A DNA stretch of 64,000 bases. Origin: Promethearchaeota archaeon (lineage in GTDB: Archaea; Asgardarchaeota; Lokiarchaeia; Sigyniarchaeales; SOKP01). Location of the stretch: assembly GCA_048939995.1 (NCBI GenBank), contig JBHLOY010000005.1, positions 32,001 to 96,000 on the forward strand, given 5' to 3'. The translations under genes and the position numbers were made by a program. Positions 1-8,400 of this stretch are shown piece after piece. The notes under the pieces are model-generated. The model was not told where the DNA came from. It ran no database searches and was given only the letters and a program-made list of their open reading frames with translations. Within the stretch, counting starts at the first letter, position 1. Every line of letters begins with the position of its first letter.

Positions 1-36
1 ATTTATATAAAAAAACTCATCTCATTTAGAAAAACA

Positions 37-879
37 TTGATCCATAAAATTTTAACTTGTAAAACTGAAAAAAAAATCCTAAAGAGTAGATTAAGTCGAA
101 TAAAGAAGTTAAAGTTGTATTTTAATCGATCAAAAAAGTTTAAAAGCTCCATACTTGAATCTTCTAAAAATATTTTTGAAATCGAGAAATTTAATCTTTA
201 TATTCATGTTATTGAAAAAATTTTAGAATTATTATGGACAACTCCTCTATACACTCACACACAACATATTTTAACAACGGAAGAGATGAAGTTTTTTATT
301 CAAGAGAATAATCTTGAAAAGGATTTTAAAAAGAAATCAACAAATTCTATTTTCTTGCTATGTCTAAGATATTATGAAAAGAAGTACAGATTTGATTTTG
401 AAGAAGAAGAAATTATTAATAAAATAAATGAATTAGAGAATTTTATGGGGAAAATGTGGTTTGATTTCAAAGATAACCATTTCGATTTAGCATTGAAAGA
501 ACTAAATCAACTCTTTAGTTGTTCTATTGATGATCAAAATTATAATATGAAAGTCAGTAAAGTTATAGATGAGCTTATACCAATCTTTTCAATCTATGAA
601 ATATTCAATAGACCTCTGTCTGAAACAGTTTATCCCGAGTCAATTCCGCGTACGAAAAGACCTGGCGCATACATTGCTAGCTTTTTAACTTCAAAATATA
701 ACCCATTTGGCGTAAATCTAATGCACCTCTTCAATAAATTAGCATTTTACAATTGGGGATATTTTATTTTACACAATAAACTAAATAGAAAAAATTTCTA
801 TGAATTCATTTTAAAACTCCCTATCTGGAAATATATTCCTCAGAATATAAAATTAAAAATCTTAAAGCAATCGATTTAA
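37..879 (+). CDS. hypothetical protein
   Basis: 280-aa ORF with a TTG start; overlaps the convergent elf1 by 4 bp; no recognisable motif. Confidence 0.6.
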   Translation: MIHKILTCKTEKKILKSRLSRIKKLKLYFNRSKKFKSSILESSKNIFEIEKFNLYIHVIEKILELLWTTPLYTHTQHILTTEEMKFFIQENNLEKDFKKKSTNSIFLLCLRYYEKKYRFDFEEEEIINKINELENFMGKMWFDFKDNHFDLALKELNQLFSCSIDDQNYNMKVSKVIDELIPIFSIYEIFNRPLSETVYPESIPRTKRPGAYIASFLTSKYNPFGVNLMHLFNKLAFYNWGYFILHNKLNRKNFYEFILKLPIWKYIPQNIKLKILKQSI

Positions 880-1457
880 AATTCCAAAAATCCGGGATCG
901 TCAAATATATCTTCAATTTTTTTTTCCTTTTTTATACTACTCTCATCATGCTCAGAAAATAAGGATTCTTCATCAGTTTTTATCCCTTTCTCCATTTCAT
1001 GGAGGTCCAGTTGATGGAGCGCATCTTTTTCTTTTTTCTTAAATTCCTCTGATTTCAATTTCCAACTGTTAACTTCTTCTAAATTCGCGTTCTCCTCCTC
1101 ATCTAATAATTCTGCGGCTTTTACTTTGCAAAGATCAGATAAAATCGAATAACAAAGAGCTAATTCCCCCCACTCATTTTCTTCTTTCAGTTTTTCAACT
1201 CTTCTTTCTAATCGTTGCATTTCTTGATCAGCATAATAGATATCAATAAAATCGCCAAAAGCATCAACAGGCTCTGAGATGGAATTTACTAATACCTCTT
1301 TTGTTAGACCACAATAACCACATTTAACAGTTGCGATTATTCCTTTTCTAAGCCCTTCAACTTTCACAGACTTCTCTCCACATGAAGGACAGGTGAATAT
1401 TTTTGGTACTTTCTTAACTCTTTTATATGTCTGTTGCTTTCTTTTTCTTCTTCCCAT
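876..1457 (-). CDS. elf1: transcription elongation factor Elf1 with long C-terminal extension
   Basis: Basic N-terminus MGRRKRK; FTCPSC...CGYC zinc ribbon; EPVDAFGDFID motif typical of Elf1; about 115 extra C-terminal residues. Confidence 0.9.
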   Translation of the reverse strand: MGRRKRKQQTYKRVKKVPKIFTCPSCGEKSVKVEGLRKGIIATVKCGYCGLTKEVLVNSISEPVDAFGDFIDIYYADQEMQRLERRVEKLKEENEWGELALCYSILSDLCKVKAAELLDEEENANLEEVNSWKLKSEEFKKKEKDALHQLDLHEMEKGIKTDEESLFSEHDESSIKKEKKIEDIFDDPGFLEF

Positions 1458-1649
1458 ATGAAATCAAGTTAATTTTATTTTTCTTAATCTAATTCACTAT
1501 TTAGTTAGAATTCAAATCTAAAAAATTTTCGTATTTTAAATTACAAGTTAGAGGAAATCGTAAGACTTTTTAGGAATGTTTTATTATATTACTTACTCCT
1601 TTTAACCGAATGAAATTTGATAACTTTATAAAACTAGTGGATTTTAGGT

Positions 1650-2750
1650 ATGGAACATAGAAATTTGTCATTGGATTATGATAAGAATTTAATTGATAAA
1701 ATCCTTGATGATATCGATATGAGATATATCATACTATTTCTTTACATTATTAGGAATGATTTATTTAAAGATTTAGGTGATAAAAGCCTTGTAGAATATT
1801 ATGAGAGAGTCTTAATTTTAGATGATATTTATAAGAGCAATATTCTGAAATTTTGGCCGAAAGATTTTACTGAAATTGCTATCGACTTGGGATTATTCAA
1901 AAATATCCGAACTTTAAGAGAATTTGACCAAAATGAAGAAGATTTTATTATAAAATTAGGAGAACAAACTATAACCTTAGAAAATAATGTGATATCAGTA
2001 CCAGATGATACTCTCTTTTTAATATTAAATAAAAAATTTAAATCTGTATCTAGGAGAAATTTCAATTCAGCGCTCATAAAATTAAAAGCTGTGAGGTGTG
2101 AATCCACTAATGCCATTCATTCTTTAATATATGAAATTAGTGATCATGATTATGCTTTATCTGATGATCTATACTACATCTTAGATCAATACGGTAATAT
2201 TTATCAAGCTATCAAAATAGAAATTACGATAGAGGGTTTTTTCCAAAGATTTAAAGAAATTCAAGATAATATCACTAAACTAATAAACATATTTGAACCA
2301 AAATTAAATAAAAAACCTGTTATATCAAAAATCCATAAAGCAATAGAAGATAGTAAGGATATCTTTGACTATCTCAAAGAAAACAATATTGAGCTACCTG
2401 AAAAATTTAATTTTGAAAAGATAGATACGAAAAATGAAACTTTTCAACAGTGGAAGTCAACTTTACTCGATTTGCTTGAAATAAGCTTTAATTTAAATAG
2501 TATTGAGAAGAATCTATTAGTTAATAAAAAATTATATTCTGGTAAGGGCAAAAAGTATAGTTATCTCACATTTATTGAAAAAGTTTCATATAATGAGGGA
2601 AACATTGTTAATGAGATTCAAGATTCTTTATTAAATCTAAGAGAAGAATTGGTCAGAATTAATAAAAGAATTTCCAAATTATCTAAAAAAGAAGTAAAGC
2701 TATTAAATTTGGATTATGAGAGAGCTATAATAATGAGTAGTGATGAATAA
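1650..2750 (+). CDS. hypothetical protein, predicted winged helix plus helical/coiled-coil region (possibly kleisin-like, MukF/JetA N-terminal type)
   Basis: 366 aa; segment SRRNFNSALIKL...LIYEISDHDYALSDDLYYIL has a wHTH pattern and is followed by long amphipathic helices; family call is inference. Confidence 0.45.
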   Translation: MEHRNLSLDYDKNLIDKILDDIDMRYIILFLYIIRNDLFKDLGDKSLVEYYERVLILDDIYKSNILKFWPKDFTEIAIDLGLFKNIRTLREFDQNEEDFIIKLGEQTITLENNVISVPDDTLFLILNKKFKSVSRRNFNSALIKLKAVRCESTNAIHSLIYEISDHDYALSDDLYYILDQYGNIYQAIKIEITIEGFFQRFKEIQDNITKLINIFEPKLNKKPVISKIHKAIEDSKDIFDYLKENNIELPEKFNFEKIDTKNETFQQWKSTLLDLLEISFNLNSIEKNLLVNKKLYSGKGKKYSYLTFIEKVSYNEGNIVNEIQDSLLNLREELVRINKRISKLSKKEVKLLNLDYERAIIMSSDE

Positions 2751-2752
2751 GT

Positions 2753-3712
2753 TTGAAATGTCCATCTTGTAATATTGAAATGGAGCCTTTAGTTGCTGGT
2801 ATATTTCAATGTCCACAATGCAGAAAAATTCTAAAACAAACTGAAGAAAAAGTTGAAAAGGAACTAAAAAAAATTATTGAGGAGGGTGAATTTCAAGATG
2901 GAGAATATTTTCATAAAAATCTTAGCTTGAATAAGAGCTACGAAGTTTGTGAAAAAGGAATTGTGGTATATAAATCTTCTAATTACCTTATGGCAGTTTT
3001 AATCTGTAAAAGCTCCTATAAAGAAAGATATATAAGACTATCATGGTGGAAAAACTCTCAACATGCAGGATTATTTAAAATCTATGATAAGGAAGTTCTT
3101 AAAAACACTATTAAAGTTTTAGAAAAAATTGATGAATCATTCGATGAATTTTGGAATTGGAAAGGAAAATATGGCAGATCTGAACAAAAGACAGAAGAGG
3201 AATTAAGTAAAGAAAAAAAAATGGAAATAATTAAAGCTCGAATTATTGAGAACCGAACTTGTCCAAATTGTCAAAATAAAATGGAGAAGAACAAGTCTCA
3301 TTATATATGTCAACATTGTTCTGAAATTGTAATATTAGAAGGATATAATCAACCGGTTTTTAGCATATCCCCCTCGGATCTTGACTTAACTTTCCATAGT
3401 AATTTCCCAATTAATTATTACATGCCTGTAAGCGGTATAACAGTAAAATGGTTAGTGGGTGAATGGAAAGCAATCGTAATAATCTATTCTAAAGATAATC
3501 CAAATAAAAAATGGGTAAGGTTCTATTGGTGGGTTCGAGATTTAACTAATTTTATTAAATTCGGTAAAAGAGAAATAGGAAATGGTGTTCAAATGGGATG
3601 GAAAGCGCAGAAAGGTATAGCATCTCCTAATATTTTTGATAAGAAGTTAATAAAACCTCTAATAATTGCGCTAAAAAATATATCTATAGAAATGGAATGG
3701 GATATTGATTAA
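2753..3712 (+). CDS. tandem (Zn ribbon + PC4-like domain) x2 protein
   Basis: CPSC..CPQC and CPNC..CQHC ribbons, each followed by a related domain (YIRLSWWK...KIYDKEVL and WVRFYWWV...KGIASPNIFDKKLI). Confidence 0.55.
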   Translation: MKCPSCNIEMEPLVAGIFQCPQCRKILKQTEEKVEKELKKIIEEGEFQDGEYFHKNLSLNKSYEVCEKGIVVYKSSNYLMAVLICKSSYKERYIRLSWWKNSQHAGLFKIYDKEVLKNTIKVLEKIDESFDEFWNWKGKYGRSEQKTEEELSKEKKMEIIKARIIENRTCPNCQNKMEKNKSHYICQHCSEIVILEGYNQPVFSISPSDLDLTFHSNFPINYYMPVSGITVKWLVGEWKAIVIIYSKDNPNKKWVRFYWWVRDLTNFIKFGKREIGNGVQMGWKAQKGIASPNIFDKKLIKPLIIALKNISIEMEWDID

Positions 3713-3735
3713 AAATAAAAAATACAACAATAAAA

Positions 3736-4875
3736 ATGACTGAAATTTCAGATTCAAATTGGAATGAGCTACTCCAAGACTTCGAAAAGGGTTTAGAGAA
3801 TGCTATAGAACGCCTTGAAAACAGAGACATTGAGAACATTCCCGGTGCTAAACAAGCTTTAATACAGCGACTAAATGATATGAAACTTATTTTTCCAAAA
3901 AATAATGGTGATATTTTTATAAAATCTATTAATGACAAAATACAAAATAGCTTTTTTCCAAACACTACCAATTTTTCAGAAGCTTTTGAGAAGATTTTAA
4001 AATCACGAACTCACGAACAAGACTTTATAATTAATGAACTATTAAACGGTTTTGTTACTTCTAAAGCAAGAGCACTCGCGACTGGAACTCAAGGGCCAGT
4101 TATTGATAGAATGGTTGAAGCGTTTAGTAAGAGAAATGACTTTCACATTGTGGATCATCAATTTTTTGCGATGTTTGGGGATCCAAATAAACCTAAAAAT
4201 TATGTGAAAAAGCAACTTGAACAACTTATAAATATGTTTGGATTAATATCAAAAGAACTTATCGTAGAGAAAGATGTTAGAACTGGTCGCCAAAAAAAAT
4301 ATACCTTTTATACTTTTCCAGAAGATATCATTAAAATCCTTGAAAAAAAATATTTGATAATAGATGATAAATTAGGATATGCTTATGTCTCTGAAGAATT
4401 TGATCGAAACGTATTTATTTGTATGTTCTTAGCAAATATTGCCATTAGTAGGGATAATTTAGAAAAAATAGGAGGAACTTATACTGTTAATGGAATTTCA
4501 GCAATATTTGCAGTAATATTACTGTTGAGTTTTTTACCAAAAATTTCTGTTGATGAAACAAATCCCATCTTAAATGATCCTAATTATGATGATGCAAATA
4601 TGAGCATTGTTCCAAAATCTTGGATGATGAGACAGGTACTGGAAAACTTATTCGAACCTCTTATAAAAATCGTAGCATATAGGTTAGGAGGTGGCTTGTG
4701 GATATCTAAGGTAATAGATTCTGAAGTTAATAAAAGAATTGTAAACCAAATACGATTTTTAATCAAGGATGTTAATAAATGGATCTTAGGTCAGTTAGTT
4801 AGAGTAGAAATCCCAATCTTCATTAGTATAGGAAATATTTTAACTGAAGTTCTAGTAGGATATAGAGAAGAGTAG
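3736..4875 (+). CDS. hypothetical protein with central winged helix
   Basis: 379 aa; KNYVKKQLEQLINMFGLISKE...RTGRQKKYTFYTF resembles a wHTH recognition helix and wing. Confidence 0.5.
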   Translation: MTEISDSNWNELLQDFEKGLENAIERLENRDIENIPGAKQALIQRLNDMKLIFPKNNGDIFIKSINDKIQNSFFPNTTNFSEAFEKILKSRTHEQDFIINELLNGFVTSKARALATGTQGPVIDRMVEAFSKRNDFHIVDHQFFAMFGDPNKPKNYVKKQLEQLINMFGLISKELIVEKDVRTGRQKKYTFYTFPEDIIKILEKKYLIIDDKLGYAYVSEEFDRNVFICMFLANIAISRDNLEKIGGTYTVNGISAIFAVILLLSFLPKISVDETNPILNDPNYDDANMSIVPKSWMMRQVLENLFEPLIKIVAYRLGGGLWISKVIDSEVNKRIVNQIRFLIKDVNKWILGQLVRVEIPIFISIGNILTEVLVGYREE

Positions 4876-4919
4876 GTTAACAGGTGATTTAGATAAGCTA
4901 TAAAAAAAAATCAACAAGA

Positions 4920-6200
4920 ATGGTTAAACCGGGAAGAAAAAGAGAAAAATGGACAGATATATTTCCTAGATATTTAACATTTATTAGCCATATGAGACCA
5001 ATTCTTAGAGAAACACGAAGAATTGTTATCGATTTAGACGCCGATCTTTTATTAGATACAGAAATTTTAGATAAAATCCGAGAAGAGGAAGAAAAAAGAA
5101 ATATTCGAAAGGTAAGAGCATTATCGGAGTTCTCAGCAATGTATCGATCAAATATCTATGAAATTATTAAGGATTTTATTATTAAATATAGAGAAAAAAT
5201 TCCTATGATTGATATTAAAGATTATATTGTAGAGTTTCTTCATGAATCCGTAGATGCTTTAAACATATTAAGGCATATCACTAATCCAGATGAATCTAAT
5301 CTAGAAGATACGTATCTCTATAATTTAGTAAAATTTATCGAGGAAATATTATTTCCCAGAGGAGCAAATTTGAAATTCATCTATGAAAAACTATTAAAAC
5401 ATACTCAAAATTTTTATGAATGTCAACGCCATATGTTGCAATCCCATACTTTTTATCGTGAGAAAATAGAAACTAGTGATGTTTTTGAAATCCCCGTTTT
5501 ATCCCCTAAAGTATTTCAGCTTATCAACAATATAACATCACTTTATAATCTTGATCCGAATTTTGGAAAGTATCCTGAAGATGAGAGATACGAAATTCCA
5601 ATGATATTAAAAAATGATGTTTTTCTACCATATATCGACTCAATAGCTAACACTGAGGAAGAAGCTATACAAAGTATTGCTGAGAGAGTAGGTCTTCGTC
5701 TAATAGATAATATATTTTTGGCACCTCGCGAAGATTTTGTCAACATATTAATAGATAATAATTTTCTGCGTGAAAACAAACAATCAGATGGTATTATAAG
5801 ATTGTATCCTCAGTTTAATAACGAAACTTTACTCCTCTACTACTTAGCTTTTGCTTCTCAGAGACGTGGGTTTTTATCAAAAGAGCTTATTAATTGGATA
5901 TCAATGAATTTTGCTTTTCTAATTTATATGGGTATTTTGAAATGGAAGTTGTCTGATGAAAATATTTTTTATCCTATTTTCAAAGATTTACAAACAAATG
6001 AGAAGGTACTTCCCTATTTGATGAAATTAATTTGCTTCCCAAATTATTTAGGATTGGATAAAATGAAAATAAGAGACTCACCCCAATATAGAAAAGAAAT
6101 TTTTAACTTTATGGGAGCTGAAATAGATAACCTGAAAATCCTTATTTCTGAGATTGCAGAATTTTGTGAAAAATTTGAAAAAGAAAGAAAAAATAATTAA
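4920..6200 (+). CDS. conserved-looking hypothetical protein, helical, possible winged helix
   Basis: 426-aa ORF inside the operon; EDFVNILIDNNFLRENKQSDGIIRLYP resembles a wH wing. Confidence 0.6.
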   Translation: MVKPGRKREKWTDIFPRYLTFISHMRPILRETRRIVIDLDADLLLDTEILDKIREEEEKRNIRKVRALSEFSAMYRSNIYEIIKDFIIKYREKIPMIDIKDYIVEFLHESVDALNILRHITNPDESNLEDTYLYNLVKFIEEILFPRGANLKFIYEKLLKHTQNFYECQRHMLQSHTFYREKIETSDVFEIPVLSPKVFQLINNITSLYNLDPNFGKYPEDERYEIPMILKNDVFLPYIDSIANTEEEAIQSIAERVGLRLIDNIFLAPREDFVNILIDNNFLRENKQSDGIIRLYPQFNNETLLLYYLAFASQRRGFLSKELINWISMNFAFLIYMGILKWKLSDENIFYPIFKDLQTNEKVLPYLMKLICFPNYLGLDKMKIRDSPQYRKEIFNFMGAEIDNLKILISEIAEFCEKFEKERKNN

Positions 6201-7323
6201 ATTACATAAAAAAGAGATGAGATTTATTAGTAATAAAGATAGTGAAAAAAAGATGATATACACTGATGATGTCATCAAAGATAGAATGGGGAAATATGGA
6301 GCAGTATACTTTCCTTATGATATAAAAGAAACCGTTGAGGATATTTTAGGGAATGAAGTTAAAAAAGAAATTTTAAACGACTTTTTTAATGCCTTAAAAA
6401 AATATGACGAATTTACTGAACAGCTGAAAGAAACTAAATTAAACCCGAGTTTAACTGTTCTACTATATGGCCCACCAGGCACGGGTAAAACTTCATTAAC
6501 GAGGGGATTTGCGAAGAAATATGAAATCCCAATATGCGTGGTAGAAACTGATAGATTAGTTTCACCTCTATTAGGAGATACTATTAAACATATAAGACGT
6601 GTAGTAGATTTAGCTGCTGAAATTGCTCGGGAAAGATCTGCTTTTATTTTATTTTTTGATGAAATAGATGCTATTGGATCTGAAAGGTCAAATATCCATG
6701 AAGTAGGAGAAATAAAAAGAGCTGTAATATCCTTTTTACAAGTTATAGATAGAATTAACTATGAAGGTGTTCCATTAGCCATATTTGGAGCAACAAATCA
6801 TCAAAATCAATTAGATTCCGCTATTTGGAGGAGATTCACCTTTCATCTTCAATTTGATTTTCCTGACTTTCATTTAAGAAGGCAAATAATTGATTCATTT
6901 TTACAAAAGATAAAAAATGCAAAAATAGGAGTTGATGAATCTATTTTTGTGAATTTAGAAAAAGAATATAATGAATTTCAGAGTTTAGAAAAAGATTTGA
7001 AACGTAAAGTTGGTCAACAAGCTTCGGAGTTCAAAAATAGTACACTATGGAAAGATATCGAAAAAAAAAGTAAAATAGATGGAATTTTAAAGTTAACTCA
7101 TGGATATTCAGGTTCCGATATCGAACGTGGTACTAAAGTGGCATTGTTAAAAGCTATGAATAGAGAGATTTTGACTTATGATATGTTCTATCAAGCTTTA
7201 AAGTTAGTTGGTGGAACAGCTATTCATGTAGAACGCCAAGATATATTAAGTGACATTAAACAAATTTCAGAAAATGCAAATACAAATAAGTCGGGTAAAA
7301 TAGTAGGCCCTCCTGAAATTTAA
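6154..7323 (+). CDS. classical-clade AAA+ ATPase, single AAA domain
   Basis: Walker A GPPGTGKT, Walker B FFDEID, SRH ATNHQNQLDSAIWRRF, lid GYSGSDI; true start probably ATG 6217. Confidence 0.92.
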   Translation: MQNFVKNLKKKEKIIKLHKKEMRFISNKDSEKKMIYTDDVIKDRMGKYGAVYFPYDIKETVEDILGNEVKKEILNDFFNALKKYDEFTEQLKETKLNPSLTVLLYGPPGTGKTSLTRGFAKKYEIPICVVETDRLVSPLLGDTIKHIRRVVDLAAEIARERSAFILFFDEIDAIGSERSNIHEVGEIKRAVISFLQVIDRINYEGVPLAIFGATNHQNQLDSAIWRRFTFHLQFDFPDFHLRRQIIDSFLQKIKNAKIGVDESIFVNLEKEYNEFQSLEKDLKRKVGQQASEFKNSTLWKDIEKKSKIDGILKLTHGYSGSDIERGTKVALLKAMNREILTYDMFYQALKLVGGTAIHVERQDILSDIKQISENANTNKSGKIVGPPEI

Positions 7324-7362
7324 TCAATTATAGTAAATTAAAATTACCTTTTAATTAAAATT

Positions 7363-8400
7363 ATGAGTTTTTCATTATTTAACCTAGAAAAAATTAAAGA
7401 GTTAAAATCTCCTATTAATGATCTTCAAATTCAACTTAATAAATTGAATGAAATTAAGAAGAAAGTGATTGAAAAGAAGAAATTTCTTAATGAGATCTTT
7501 TCTAAGGATGCTATAATTGATCAATATGAAGATTTAATAGGCATTATTAACCATATAGACAATAAATTGCTTGAGATTTTGAAAATAAACGTGAATCTAT
7601 CTCACTTTTACAATGATAATCTAATAGAGAAATATAAAGAAAATATCAAACAAAAATTAAAACTGGTAAAAATTGATGAGAACCTAACAAAAAAAATCGG
7701 AATAAATTTAATAGAAAATAAGAAAGTCTCCAAGATTATTAATAAAGTAACATATATTTCTTCCATTACTTTAAACCAATGGGTAGATATTATTGATTCA
7801 CTTAAACAGTATTCAATATTCTTGAAAACTATTAATAAAGTTTCCAAATTTTACAATCTCTTGATTCAAGAGAAACTCGATAAGAATTTAACTGAAATTC
7901 CTCAAGGTACGGATGAAAATTTGATACAAGATTATAAACAAAAATTTCTAGAAGATCCGAACATAACTTTTTTTCAATTTATTCAGAATATAGAACGCAG
8001 ACTTTCTACTCAAGATTTGACAATAACAAGGGAGTTTATTAAGAAAAATAAGGAAAAGGAAGAAATTGAAAAATTAAAGAAAAAGCAACAAGAACAACAA
8101 GAGGCATATGAAAATTATTTAATCCTATCCAACGGTGAATTCGAAAGATTAAGACGTAAAAAAAAAAGGCAAAAATTAAAAGATGTCTCTATTAAACAAA
8201 TAAGTGAAGATAAAATTGAAATTCCTGAAGATGTTTCGAAAAAAATAGAGGAATTTAAGTCCCAATTCGAAAGCTCTTTCAAACATAAAAAATTTGTTGA
8301 AGAAAATGAAAATAAAGATCCTTTAGAGTTAATTCGTGAAAGAAAGAATAAGAAAGAAAAAGAATATAAGAAATTCAAAAAGCATATTGAAAATACGTGA
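7363..8400 (+). CDS. coiled-coil hypothetical protein with charged C-terminus
   Basis: 345 aa, K/E-rich heptad patterns, basic patch RLRRKKKRQK. Confidence 0.6.
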   Translation: MSFSLFNLEKIKELKSPINDLQIQLNKLNEIKKKVIEKKKFLNEIFSKDAIIDQYEDLIGIINHIDNKLLEILKINVNLSHFYNDNLIEKYKENIKQKLKLVKIDENLTKKIGINLIENKKVSKIINKVTYISSITLNQWVDIIDSLKQYSIFLKTINKVSKFYNLLIQEKLDKNLTEIPQGTDENLIQDYKQKFLEDPNITFFQFIQNIERRLSTQDLTITREFIKKNKEKEEIEKLKKKQQEQQEAYENYLILSNGEFERLRRKKKRQKLKDVSIKQISEDKIEIPEDVSKKIEEFKSQFESSFKHKKFVEENENKDPLELIRERKNKKEKEYKKFKKHIENT

